Shown: in pieces, positions 48,582 to 60,572 of the stretch
Layout of the letters: every line of letters begins with the position of its first letter
Numbering within the stretch: the first letter of the stretch is position 1
Source: Blepharisma stoltei ATCC 30299
Lineage: Eukaryota; Protista; Ciliophora
Length of the DNA: 64,000 nt
Reading direction: 5' to 3'
Assembly (NCBI GenBank): GCA_965603825.1
Contig: CBFDEM010000012.1
Span: forward strand, 496,001 to 560,000
Position numbers and translations under genes: made by a program
Notes under the pieces: generated by a model
The model's input: the letters and a program-made list of their open reading frames with translations, nothing else
What the model was told of the DNA's origin: nothing
The model's database searches: none

Positions 48582-49856
48582 TTATAAACCTGTAAATGCA
48601 TAACCTGCTGATGAAACTCCAAGCAAGATAAGCAGCACACTCCAAAGAGATATGGAAATCACCACAGGGTAGTTGCAAGATACTTTCCAATAGATCAGGG
48701 TCGGTATGATAATGTCAAAAAATATCACTGTTGTCCCACCTATTACTTTGTAGTATGTGAAAGGAATTGTGAAAAAATAAGCAAAAATGCCAATGTTGAT
48801 GCTTATCATAAGTTTCACTATAAAATATGTTTTGGGGCTAAAACTTATGCATGGAAGCATTTCGATGATCATTATGACAAATTGATGCAGATTAATCACT
48901 GTATTCACTGTTAAAATAGCAATAAAGAGCATCTTTGCAACAGTCAGAAGCCAACTTGCCTCAATGCTGAGATCCTCTGCAATGCTTTTATAGTAGTAAA
49001 ATAAAAATAAAATAGAAAATAATAGACAGCTGAACCCAAACTGGGTGTATTTCATAGTCTTTATTTCTTTGTAAGAACTTTTTTTAAAGCCTTCATAGGC
49101 CATAGGAATTGTGAATAAAGTATGAAAAGCATATACAACTACTGCAGCACTATCAGCAAATCCTGCATTAATTGTTATAGGCTTTGATTCTGTCAGTATA
49201 TCGATTATCCCTTCGATATAAAATGGAACTTGCACCAATATGATTGCTGTTAAATAAAATAGCGAAGTCCAGCAAAGAACTGAAAAATACTTTATGATTA
49301 TTTGTTGATTGAATATCCCTAACAGCAAAATAATTGTAATAAAACTAAAACTCAAAAAAAAATTGTAGTAGTCGTTTGTGATCTTATAATCACTTAGGGT
49401 GTAAAAAACTTCTTTGAAAAATCCAGCTGCAAATGCTTGATTTGAACATAATAGTCCAAATATGCTCAATCCCAAGCAAATTTTCATAGCTCTTCTGGTT
49501 CGTTTTCCATAAAGATGATAAATCATTTTCATTAAATCTACGTCATGAGTAGACTTCATTCCCCATAAAATAACTTTTTGAAAAAACACGAATGTAAGCC
49601 CAGTTGCTGTGAAAATAATAGAACCAAGTATTAGTCCGCATTCTCTGAACAAAAAGTCTAGGCAAAAAAAACCTGCGCCTATTGAGCCTGAGCTTAGAAG
49701 ACTTATTTCGGCATTTCTAGAAGAAGAGAATAATATTGGAAAAATCCTCTGTCAAAATGACACTCGAGGGTTTTTAATCTCTTCTTGACCAGTTGAAGAT
49801 TCAGCTTGATCAGCACATAATGGCTCAGTTATATCTGATGCTTTTATAAGAGACAT
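48582..49856 (-). CDS. Amino-acid transporter (Aa_trans / AAAP family)
   Basis: Frame extends through TGA 49752 to ATG 49856; SIGAGFF...FRECGLILG; many TM segments. Confidence 0.75.
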
Positions 49857-50082
49857 TAATTATGATAAATTATGAGAAGCTCAGTTGCTGATAAAAAATA
49901 TTAGGAGTGGATAATTTTTAATGCCATTAATTATAAAATAGTTATCTAATTGAGTATTGAGTTAGCGAAATTAGATTAAGGATGATATAAGACAATGTAC
50001 TTATTTTTTGTTATGCATCTTAAGTCATTATTATTCTATTAGCAATTTTATGAGACAACAGAATTGAAAGTATAAACTATAA

Positions 50083-52092
50083 TTAAGCGTTATCATATTC
50101 ACAAATACAATACTCTGGATTCAGTCCTAACTCATTACTTTTTTCTTCACAAATCCCTCCATATTCATCTAATCTATCTATATTCATGATTTGTACAAGC
50201 AATCTTTGATGATCATAAATAATTGGAATGCCATGGTGAGTTTTATCATCTTCATGCACGTGATACTCAACCAAAAATCTTGCAGGAGAATACTTCGCTG
50301 TGAACTCAATTTTTAAGTCTAAATACGATCATTGGGGATCGTGAAACACTCCTGCAATTTCATTTGGAATTATTTTTTTACACAAATTAGAAGAGACTTG
50401 ATCAGGAGTATGAGATACTTCATTCATCTTGTCACATGCTATTTGGATTAAATCATGCACAAACACCTTTAAATATTTCATTTTCCAAAATTCTGGCTTA
50501 ATTTCTCTATAGCTTTGGCATGAGCATAGTTGAGCTGGAATATTTGCAAAAGTGTCACAATTTCTTGAGGTTGGAATTTCTGCAGAAAATAAATCATACG
50601 CGTATTTATTTTTAGAGTCTCTTGTCAAGGAAATTCTATTCAAAATTCCTAATAAAGTTTGTCTTATATCTTGCTTAGTTACTAATCTTAGTGTATTTTT
50701 TGATAATGTTTCATAGGATTTGGGTACTGAATTTATATAAAAATCACTTGAAATCATTATAAAAACTGGCAATTTCATTTCTTGGTCACCATCTACTGAG
50801 TATTTTCAGTTTCCATATCTCATGCCATGATCACCTAGCAAATTTATCATGACTTCATGCGTCTTAGTGGCTTTTGGTAAAAACGTTGTTAAAAATTCAG
50901 ATAAGTCTGGGTCTAAAGTTTGCGCATGCCTTCCTGTGGATTCATGAGCAGCATTTAAATGAACATAACTTCATTGATTTACATCTGAGTACATATTTAA
51001 TAAATCTTGCAAATACTGAAAAATATAAACATGAGACATTTGAGAGCCAATACACCTTTGCTTCATTTTCTTATTTTTATTTGTAACATAGTCTGTGTAC
51101 TTTTGGGCTGCACAGAAAAATTGTCGTGATACAAAATCAATGTCTGGTTCAGGGCCTATATTATTATAAACTCTATAATCACAATCATCAGTAAGCATTG
51201 AAGTAATGAATCCTCGCCTTTTAAAGTCGACCCATATAGCTTTTTCTCCCATTTTATCATTTTCTTTTGATTTTTTTAATTTTTTTGCATCTTTATCATC
51301 TATGAATAATGGTGTTACATTATTAACAGTTGCTTTTCCAGCTATATTGTGTAGTTTGAAATCAAAAATTTTGAATTCTTTGACAAAATTATTTAAAACT
51401 TCAACTGTTTTAGGCAATTTTTGGAAAAAATGCCTTCTTGAAAAACTATCCAAACCTAGCGTCAATATAAATAAAGGTTTTTTTAAGTGATTGTCTTTTG
51501 ATAAACTCTTTGCCCTCTCATGGATATAATAATCATAGCTTGGCCTATGCCAGGCAACATCAAAATTTTCTTTATAGTCGCATGTCGCCAGCAAAAAATC
51601 TGTATTAGAATTCAATTTCAGTTTTTTTGAAAAATGTTCAGATTGCCAAAGCCTTTTGTGGGCTTTTCATGACGGGTATTTTACGTTTCCAGTTGGGCCT
51701 TGAACTAGAGCTGCGTCAGTATAATTTTTGCATGCCATGGAGAAAGCTCTTTCTGATATATCTCATTTTGGTTCTTTTATAAGAGAAGAGCATGTCGGAA
51801 ACTTATAGCTTGGAAATAATGATTCGGCTTCTTCTCAACTGTAGCCAAATGAAAAAGGAGTACAAATAAGATTTTTTACATCTAGCAACTGAAAGATATT
51901 TTCATATGCAATTTCACCTTTAGATGACTTCTGAGTTGTTTCTGGCGGATCGTAGTACATGACTGGCCCTAAATCGATTTTTCTCTCTTGCATAGTAACA
52001 ATTGAATTAAGATCGTCATCTGAAGATTTGAAGTAGAGAATTATACATGACAAAATTATCCACAGCAGTATAAAAATAGGCAATTTTGTCAT
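50083..52092 (-). CDS. DUF229 family (alkaline-phosphatase/sulfatase-like fold) type II membrane protein
   Basis: Six in-frame TGA; N-terminal anchor; LGLDSFSRRHF, QRCIG, HLNAAHE, LGDHGMRYG, IPAQLCSC. Confidence 0.82.
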
Positions 52093-52287
52093 TTATAATT
52101 TTTATCATATTCTGATACCATTTGATGAAGAGCTTTCATATATTGATTCTGACCATTGCGAAATATTTAAATTAATATAAATATTTAAAGTAAAGTAACG
52201 CTTGGGAAATCTGTTGATGACTGGAGAATAAATGATAATAATGATATTAAAAAATAAGTTATCTTCTGATCTGGCCTATCAGCTATA

Positions 52288-53796
52288 ATGGGAAATAAAT
52301 CATCAAGCAAAAAAGTGCCAGAAAAGCTAAGATATCGGCAAGCTGATTATCCAATAACGACTGAAATAGATTTATATAATGATGATGAAGCTATAGAAAT
52401 CAGAGAATCAGAGACTAAAACTATTTCAGATATAACGCCGTATGATCAAAAATTGCAGTTATTAATGAAGCCTGCTCTAAGCTATTTGCAAATTAATGGC
52501 ACATTACCCCAAGAAATGCCATGCCAGCTATCAATGCAAGCTTCAGAGACTTCAATATCTGAAGAAACTCTTCGTCAAGGAGTTGACATTATATGTGTAA
52601 TTGATGTAAGTGGAAGCATGAGGGGACCAAAACTTGAATTAACTAAAAAGACACTCGAATTTATGGTCAACCAGCTTTGCGAAAAAGATCGAGTTAGCTT
52701 GATTGCATTCAATAATATTGTTACTAGGATTCAGCCCTTAATAAGAATGACTCCACATGGCAAAGCTCAAACTATAGAAGAAATAAGAAATCTTGAAGCA
52801 AATGGAGGCACTGATATTACCGGAGGCTTGCACCATGGAATTAAAACGTTAGAAGATCGAAAGATTGTTAATAAAATATCTTCAATCGTTTTACTTTCAG
52901 ATGGGCGTGATAAACAAAAAGATACATCACTAGATCGTGGAAAAGCTAGTATTGACTCTTCATCGTTAAAAGATTACTCAATTCATACTTTTGGATATGG
53001 CTCTGGGCACGATGCTCAGCTATTAAGTGCAATTTCCCAATTAAGAAATGGAGGATTTTATTATGTTGAAAAGAGCGAGTCCATCCCAGAAGCATTTTCA
53101 AACTGTTTAGGAGAATTAATGTCAGCAGTTGCTGATCAAATCCAAGTCCGTTTGCAAACTCAGGCTACAGATGTTTCATTTTCACTCACAAAAGTTTATT
53201 CAGAAAACGGGGACTCCACATTTGCAATGCCTCCTGTTCTTACAGGAGATAAAAAAGAAGCCATATTTATTTTGAGTTTTCCTTCTTGCCAGCAGCAGTT
53301 CCCACAGCCTTATATAATAAGCCCTGTAAAAGGATTTATTAAATATAGACTGATAAGGACTGGAGAAGAAATTGAAGAAGAATGCTACCTCAATATTCCT
53401 GTTTTTAATGAAAATGATGCAATAGATTCCATTGAAATTGATGAAGATGTAATGGTTAATTTCTATAGAGTTAAGAGTGCAGAAATCTTAAAAGAAGCCG
53501 GAGAGCTTGGGGATAAAGGAAACATGGAAGGGGCTAGAAATTTGCTCCAAAAAGGTGCAGATGAGCTGAAAGTTTCAGTTGTTGCAGAAAATTCAATAGT
53601 TAAAATACTGATTAATGACTTGGAAAATACAAAAGGCAGGTTTTTGAATGAAAGAGAATATGAGCATGGAGGGAAAGCAGAAGTCATGAGCAAAGCAAGA
53701 GGGCATTTTAGTAAAAGAGAACAGAATGTTGAATGCTATAAGAACAGTTGCCAAAAAGAAATATCGAAATGCTCTAAAGAATATTTTGCTAATTAA
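52288..53796 (+). CDS. vWA-domain protein with C-terminal helical domain and MGN N-terminus
   Basis: IDVSGSM MIDAS, GGTDI, LLSDG, IHTFGYGSGHD. Confidence 0.88.
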   Translation: MGNKSSSKKVPEKLRYRQADYPITTEIDLYNDDEAIEIRESETKTISDITPYDQKLQLLMKPALSYLQINGTLPQEMPCQLSMQASETSISEETLRQGVDIICVIDVSGSMRGPKLELTKKTLEFMVNQLCEKDRVSLIAFNNIVTRIQPLIRMTPHGKAQTIEEIRNLEANGGTDITGGLHHGIKTLEDRKIVNKISSIVLLSDGRDKQKDTSLDRGKASIDSSSLKDYSIHTFGYGSGHDAQLLSAISQLRNGGFYYVEKSESIPEAFSNCLGELMSAVADQIQVRLQTQATDVSFSLTKVYSENGDSTFAMPPVLTGDKKEAIFILSFPSCQQQFPQPYIISPVKGFIKYRLIRTGEEIEEECYLNIPVFNENDAIDSIEIDEDVMVNFYRVKSAEILKEAGELGDKGNMEGARNLLQKGADELKVSVVAENSIVKILINDLENTKGRFLNEREYEHGGKAEVMSKARGHFSKREQNVECYKNSCQKEISKCSKEYFAN

Positions 53797-54121
53797 TAAA
53801 CGATAGATTCTCATATAAACTATTTTTTTTTGCTTCATTGAGAATAATATAAAACTGAAATTATAGTAATTTCTATTTTCGAATTATTTTAAAGTATAAT
53901 TTTCGAAACTTGATCATCGCCCATATTTTCAAAATTAGGAAGACTAGTATTGATCACATTTCGGCTAATTCGGTTGGAATGCTATCAAGTTCAGTCGCTC
54001 GTCTGTGATATTGATTGCTTAGAAAACAGATCACAATAAGATTTCGACGGATTTAGCCACATGGATATTGTAAATTTAGGTGCTAGAACTATATTTCTGG
54101 TACATGAAGATATATTCATAA

Positions 54122-54618
54122 AGGATTTTCCCACTGACGTCATATGTTTTGTACAGCGTTCCAGTAAATGATGATAATTATTATTTTCATAGTCTAACAC
54201 TTGCATATGAAGCAAATATCGGAGACTATGATACTTCGGATTATGGGAAATATTATTGGCTATATTTATTCGCTTATACCATTATAATCCATTGATTATG
54301 CTTAAATTGATTATTAACCTTATGGGAAATACTTTTGATAAATTCCAAGAAGGCAAAGTAATAGCTGATAGCTTAGAACTAATAGAAATGCTAATTGAAT
54401 GAGAAACTTTATTAATATGACGACGAAATTATGGCACCAAGCATTATATTCAAATTTGCATAGAAGAGAAATATTTAGGAGTAAAAAGAAGCCCAGCTCT
54501 AAAGAAAATTGGAGCCATGAAAAAACAATTGATTAATATACAGCAATATATTGACAAATGTAGTGATGAAGAAAACCAAAAATTGACTGAAATTTTTGAT
54601 ACATTAAAAATAAGTTAA
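54122..54618 (+). pseudogene. TRP-like ion channel remnant (pore, S6, C-terminal tail), frameshifted and 5'-truncated
   Basis: Frame A: LTLAYEANIGDYDTSDYGKYYWLYLFAYTII; after a -1 shift at 54286: NPLIMLKLIINLMGNTFDKFQE...EMLIEWETLLIWRR; upstream frames contain stops. Confidence 0.65.
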
Positions 54619-54660
54619 GACATTTAATATAATCAATTATTTTAAATTTTAATAAATTTG

Positions 54661-55317
54661 ATGAAAAGTAGATATCAAAAACAAGATGAACTTCACAAAT
54701 ACTCAGCACTGAGCGAAGTGATGCTGAGGCTGAAAAAGAAAGGATATATAGATCAATTGCAAGAGGTGTTACTAACTATTTATTTAAATGAGCGAAAAGA
54801 AGATGGTATTTACTCTGATAAGCTCAAAGAAGGTGTTCAAATGATAATTAATGGCTTAATAGAAGAAATCTGGAAAGATCACACTCCTGCTCCAACCAAT
54901 TTTTCAACTCCATCAACTCCAGAGCCTGCTAGAACAGTGCAGTTGAAAGTCCCCAGCAATTTATCAAGAAGAACTCCATCCTTAGGCTCTTCAAGTCAAA
55001 CTCCTACACCTATCCCCCAAAAAAACTCTGTATATACCCTTCTATTAAGAAACGAAAGTGAAATTGTAAGCTTTTCAGAATTCAATACCATCACTGGCCC
55101 ATCTACTTTTGGAAAAGCCAAACGAGAACTTAAACTAGAAGTCCGAAATAACTCCCCTGGCCCAGCTGCCTACAAATCAGATCCTTTAGTTGTCAAGCAA
55201 AAGCCTCCTCAAGTTGTAATGCCGAAATCAGGAAAACGTGTTGATTTTGTTACAAACACAGATATTCCTGCACCCAACCTTTATTATCCTTCTAAAAGGT
55301 TTATCTCAAAGAGGTAA
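54661..55317 (+). CDS. SHIPPO-like (PGPxxY) repeat protein
   Basis: TFGKAKR...SPGPAAY...IPAPNLY. Confidence 0.65.
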   Translation: MKSRYQKQDELHKYSALSEVMLRLKKKGYIDQLQEVLLTIYLNERKEDGIYSDKLKEGVQMIINGLIEEIWKDHTPAPTNFSTPSTPEPARTVQLKVPSNLSRRTPSLGSSSQTPTPIPQKNSVYTLLLRNESEIVSFSEFNTITGPSTFGKAKRELKLEVRNNSPGPAAYKSDPLVVKQKPPQVVMPKSGKRVDFVTNTDIPAPNLYYPSKRFISKR

Positions 55318-55414
55318 TCTTACGAAAAGCTTAAAACTGTTAATATCTGCCTTGAAAATGAAAATCAATTATTTTTCTAACTTATTAATGCCAAAATAAA
55401 GATTAACTATGTTT

Positions 55415-55939
55415 CTATTCTGATATCCTCATAGTATAACTTCCGTCTTGCTGTGTGTAAGTTTCTGACACAACTGTCCCGAATTCGATAATTCCTCTAT
55501 CCTTTATAGACGACTCTAAACCTTCCCAAATAGATTCAGAGATATATTTTGCAAGTTCTTCAGCTGAGCTGTTATTGATTGGCAATAAAGCGCACATTCT
55601 TTTAGGAAATTCATAAAAGGTGTTTCTAGGAGCCAGGATTCTGATATGATCTTCTAGGTCTACGACCTGCAGACTTGTAGATTTTGAAGCTACAAGGACC
55701 TTATTGTTTAAAGTTTGACACAATTGCTTTAATGCAGCTTTTATAACACTGAAATCTACAACAAACCCATCAGCACCAATTACTTTTGATTTTATCATTA
55801 CTGCAATAGTATAGCCGTGCCCATGAAGATCTTCTTGCCATGACTGGCCAGCCAAAATATGAGCTGCATTAAAGCTGCAAGTTTTATGGTAAACTTTCAG
55901 CTCAAATGATTGAGAAATTTTTCCTTCTTCAGTTGACAT
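55415..55939 (-). CDS. 6-pyruvoyl-tetrahydropterin synthase / QueD family, ExxHGH (PTPS-III-like)
   Basis: FNAAH...EDLHGHGY, GFVVDF, NSSAEELA, VSET. Confidence 0.85.
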   Translation of the reverse strand: MSTEEGKISQSFELKVYHKTCSFNAAHILAGQSWQEDLHGHGYTIAVMIKSKVIGADGFVVDFSVIKAALKQLCQTLNNKVLVASKSTSLQVVDLEDHIRILAPRNTFYEFPKRMCALLPINNSSAEELAKYISESIWEGLESSIKDRGIIEFGTVVSETYTQQDGSYTMRISE

Positions 55940-56026
55940 TTATTATAAACGAGCTCATTAAGATTTATTGTATTAACCACATATTATCAAGTGAAATAAA
56001 TACACAACGAATTTTAAATTATAAAA

Positions 56027-57769
56027 TTACTTACATGTTTTTGACATTTTTTTTTTGTCTTTTCTTGCAATCTCGCTCTTCGCTTTTGGATTTTCTTTAC
56101 TTAGTGTTATCCCTTCATCTGTATTTATAGGTGTTTTAGACCTTTTGAGTTTTTTTGGCTGAACTTTGACAGAAATTAACTTTTGGTATGGAGAAGCACT
56201 TCCTGATCTTATATTATCCAGCTTCGAATGAGAGTTCGGCGTTGAAAATTCATTGGCTGAATCTTCATATGCCTCTGTAAAAGAAAAATAACTTTTTGGT
56301 TTTGCTATGGCTCTTGATTCAAAATTTTCAAGTTTAGCTAGCAAAAAATCGTCAGTTGCATTTAAATTTTCCTTATTTTTGCTTTTCTTTATTATTCCAC
56401 TTGAATTTGTAGATAAACAAGACAAATCTTGAACATTACTCTTCGGCTGATTTTCTTTAGAATGGTCAAACCCTCTAAATGGATCAACATCAATACCAGT
56501 ATGCCGTTTTTTAAGTATACTTTTAGCAGCATCTGGATTTAAATTTATATAAGAAAGGTCAAAATTTGATGAATTTAAGCTAGGCACCAAAGGTGGTGAA
56601 ATTTTTTTTTGCAGTAAACTAGCCCATTCAATATCATTGCATCAAGGATGGGATTTTACTTCTTCAGTCCCTCTTTTGCATCCTAATCTCCTTTCGGAAT
56701 TTTTATCTAGCAATTTAAGAAGCAAATCTTTTGCCTTATGACTTATATAATTTGGAATATGAGGATTTTCATTTTGAATATTCCAATGCATTTTCTGTTT
56801 GTCAGGATCATAAAATGGTGGGAGTCCAGTAAGCATTTCATATAAAAATGACCCTAAGCTGTAAAAATCTACACCGTGGCTATGCCCTGTTTTGTTAAGC
56901 ATCTCAGGACACATATATTCTGGGGATCCACAATAGCTATATGTTCTTTCTCTTAGAGAAACATTTTCTTTAGAAATTCCAAAATCAGTGATTTTGATGT
57001 GTCCGTCAATATCTAACAAGATATTTTCTGGCTTTAAGTCTCTATATACAATATTTCTCCCGTGCAAATATTCCAGTCCCAGCAGGATTTCTGCAAAGTA
57101 AAACTTTGCTTGCTTTTCATTAAATCTCCCAAGCTTATGCAGATGATAAAATAGCTCTCCTCCAGGACAGAAATCAAGAACTAAGTTAAGTTCAGTTGGA
57201 GTTTGGAACGCCCAATGGAGTTCAATAATAAAGGGATGAGATGAATTTATCATAATATTCCTTTCCGCCAGCACCTGCCTAACTTTATCTTCATTTATCA
57301 CAAATTCTTTGCTCATAGTCTTAATTGCATATAGCTTCCCAGTATCTTTTTTTCTTACTTCAGTTACTTTGGAAAAGCCTCCTTTGCCTATTAATTTGAT
57401 ATGATTGAAGTGAGATCAATCGATTTCGCCTTTAACTTCTTCTTTAAATACAGCAAAAAGCTCTTCTTCGTCACTTATAGGGTATAATGGACGGTCATAT
57501 GAGCCTAGCCAGGCATCAATAATTTCCAGGTTGTTTTTTGTACGAAGAGCGACAATTTGAGCTTCGCTGTTGTATTTTCGAATAACTTCAGAAAACAGTC
57601 ATCCGCATGTTAAGGAATCTTCTATGATGGGAATTGCTATTAAATCTGAATTTATTTTTATTCGGAAAATCTTGCAGAATTTTTTCCTTAATATTGGTGC
57701 CGATAGATGATGCCTTAATGAATGGGTTTGTTTGGTTCCTTGCTGAAGATTTGAGGGTAATTGGCCCAT
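56027..57769 (-). CDS. AGC-group kinase (Akt/S6K/SGK-like)
   Basis: ATG 57769 (MGQ); TGA 57599, 57416, 56642 (HPW); GKGGFS, GGELF, YRDLKPEN, CGSPEY. Confidence 0.9.
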
Positions 57770-58257
57770 TTTCTATGATTTTATTAAAGCGATTATTTAG
57801 ATATTCACCAACGGACATTAAGCCTATTAAATAGGAGCTGATTGGTAAGTATGGGTACTGAATTGCGGATAATATTCTTTATTCAATAAGAAATTATTTT
57901 TATTTTTATTTTTATTTATTGTTTTGACTAGTTTCTTACATAAAAAAAGTTATGATTATTATATGAAGATTAAAACTTATTAGTATAGAATTCTTATAAA
58001 ATCGATTCTTCTATGATAATTCCATTATGCAAGTCTTTTTATTCAAATTCTAATGCTAACTTTTGCTTTACTATAAACTTATTTTAGAGCTTATTTCTTC
58101 ACCAAAGTATCATTTGATTCTTGGCAAGAAAATTTCTTTTACTAATTTACTAGGCTCTTGCTAAAATATCTAATTAGCAAGTATTATGCATACAAATCAT
58201 GAAAGTTTATAATAAGAAGGATAAAAAATTAACACAAATTTTCTAAATACTCTAAGT

Positions 58258-58770
58258 TTAGAGTTTTAAGTAAGGGTAATAGTTGAGATTCCAATCAACG
58301 TCAGCAGTCCTGATCACTTCTTTAGGATCTTCTCCATCTTTCACTCTCTGCTCAAGCTCGTTATATTTCTCTTCAGTTATATTGAGTGCCTTGAAGAACT
58401 TCTGCTTAGCCTCTTCTCTTCTCTTTTGAGCATCTATCACTCCATGCTTTCTAACCATAACTTCAAGACGGTTCCACATCTTATAGTTATGGTATGAACG
58501 TAGACGATGCTTGATAGTGCCTAAGCAGTAAGTATCGATATGGAAAATAAACCAAAAGATAAGAGCTATGCCTCCAAGTAAATTCGCGATGTTGTATGGA
58601 GCTTTATATTTGAGGGTGAGGTCTTCATCAGCTGTCAATGAAGAGGTAGCGTTCATTTGGACAATTTGGTGATATTGAGTGCTCCTTTGGAGGTTGATAT
58701 AGGTCTGGGTCTGGTATTGCCTGAGGAAGGATGGCGCATAGCGATTGAGATACCTATAATACGATGACAT
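58258..58770 (-). CDS. Hypothetical single-TM protein, possibly a mitochondrial complex subunit
   Basis: R/Y-rich, acid-free N-terminus; one TM; C-ending codon bias. Confidence 0.7.
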   Translation of the reverse strand: MSSYYRYLNRYAPSFLRQYQTQTYINLQRSTQYHQIVQMNATSSLTADEDLTLKYKAPYNIANLLGGIALIFWFIFHIDTYCLGTIKHRLRSYHNYKMWNRLEVMVRKHGVIDAQKRREEAKQKFFKALNITEEKYNELEQRVKDGEDPKEVIRTADVDWNLNYYPYLKL

Positions 58771-59328
58771 TTATATAAATGGCAGAAATTCAATTAAATC
58801 CTGAAAATTATGATTTAACTTAATTATTTTGAAAGAAGGGAATATATTAAGGATGTCTCTCTTAACTTATAATTTTTTCTAATATGTTTGGGTTTTGAAT
58901 GAATGATAAAACCTCATGAAATTTCTGTGAGAAACATATGAATAGCGTGAAGAAAGCTTTGAAATATGCTTAGGGATTGGGTTTTAATTATTGTCAACAG
59001 AAATACACGTTTAAGGTATAAATGAGCTGACAATTCGGCTTGACCAGAATTATGAGAAAACTAGAGTCGCTCATTTTAGATTTTATTATCGAATTTTCTT
59101 GAAATTTTTTAAACAATATTGATTTCAATATGGCTAATTGTTGTAAAACAGAGCTAAAATTAATTGCAATAGGTAGCTGAGTTTTCTCTCACACCATAGA
59201 CGCAAAATTAATTTGAGGAAATCAGCTTTGCATGCATATATGAAAATTGAATTCTTTTAAAGCAATCGGCTGTTCATTATATTTGATAAATTATTTAATA
59301 TTTCAATTTATTATTGTGTTAATAATGA

Positions 59329-60525
59329 CTATTTCCAAATAGGTTTTGGTCTCTTCGGCAGACTTCCAGAGTTTGACTGTCTCAAATCTATTTTATTCCC
59401 ATTCCTCACAATAGGCGATGGAGGTCTCAGCTGTGATGTTACTGGCCTTCTGCCTTTAGCTTGCATTTTCGCTTCCAAATTTTCATTAACTCCTTCATTT
59501 TTAAGCTGCAGCTTAATATTTCCTACACCTTCAAACACTAAATTTGCTTGTTTTTTAATTGGTTTATTCTCAACTTCTTCTTTTGCTCTTGCACTTTGAG
59601 CTCTTCCTTTAGAATTGCTAGGAGAGTTATCTCTTTTTACAGCACAAGCAGATCTCCTCATTTTCGTGTTGCTCACATCTTCCAGCATGCTCCCTAAATC
59701 ATCTAGATTTTTTATTTTCAAAGGAGCTGTTTCTGGTTTTTTGGCTCTTTTAATCCCTTGCACAAGTGCTCTGCATTCATTTTGGCTTCCTTTAATGCAT
59801 GATTTCAGTATAGCGTATCCATTTTCAATTGGATTTTTACTAGAAGGATGTGCAATATCTTCCAGCATGCTTTTATTGTTGGTGTTACAGTCACTCCAAT
59901 TTATCAAAAATTGTTTTTCTTCAGTCTTTTGAGTTTTATAATCAATAAATGGCCCTACTTGTGCATTTATATAGGTGTTTCTTAACAATAATTCTTCAGA
60001 GTCAATATATGCATCTTCTCCTAACTCATTTCAGGTCGAGGATTTCGGGCCAAATCCTTGTCGAGTTAATCTATGTTCTAAAGCTACTAATTGATTCACA
60101 AAATTTTGCCTCAATTCTAAGTTCGGTCTTCGTGAGTTTAAGAACTCAAGCGTCTTTACCAGGGTCCAACGGTATTTTTTCATAATGTAACCAGCCACTA
60201 CACAGATACATCTAGATTTCCCGAGCACAGAATGAATGAGCACGCTTTCACAAGCATCAACAGCTTCTTCAATAAAATCATAGCACTCGTCAAAACTGGT
60301 CGAATTTGCGTCAAAAATTATCTGTGAATCCAAATCTTGTCATGGAAATGACAAATATGAGATTCCAATGGGTTCCCAATGATTAGGGAGTTGAGTTGCA
60401 GCACAATTTATGATATGAGTAACTTTACTAGAAACTACAAACTCTAAATCTTGGGATGAATATTCATCACCAATGAAAAGGCCGTCCTTTATCTTAATTG
60501 CTCCAATAAGGTCATCTTCTAACAT
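59329..60525 (-). CDS. Dual-specificity phosphatase-like protein, catalytic Cys replaced by Ser
   Basis: GLFIGD, THIINC, VLIHSVLGKSR; joined through TGA 60340 and 60031. Confidence 0.85.
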
Positions 60526-60572
60526 CTTTAAATTAAACGTTGAAGATTAATAAAATGATATGGATTTATATG

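Noticed and set aside
49317-49324. Single CCCTAACA, the heterotrich telomere unit
   Set aside because: One copy inside a CDS, expected by chance; no array
54281-54291. Euplotes-type programmed frameshift in the TRP fragment
   Set aside because: The shift needed is -1 with no AAA-stop signal, and the upstream gene is missing
57588-57818. 76-aa ORF as first exon of the AGC kinase, needing a 16-nt intron
   Set aside because: The kinase frame itself stays open through UGA-Trp to ATG 57769, so no intron is needed
58771-59328. Open frames or an ncRNA in the long spacer (also 35128-35721)
   Set aside because: Frames look compositionally random, and no tRNA cloverleaf or convincing C/D box pair was seen; an Infernal search would be needed
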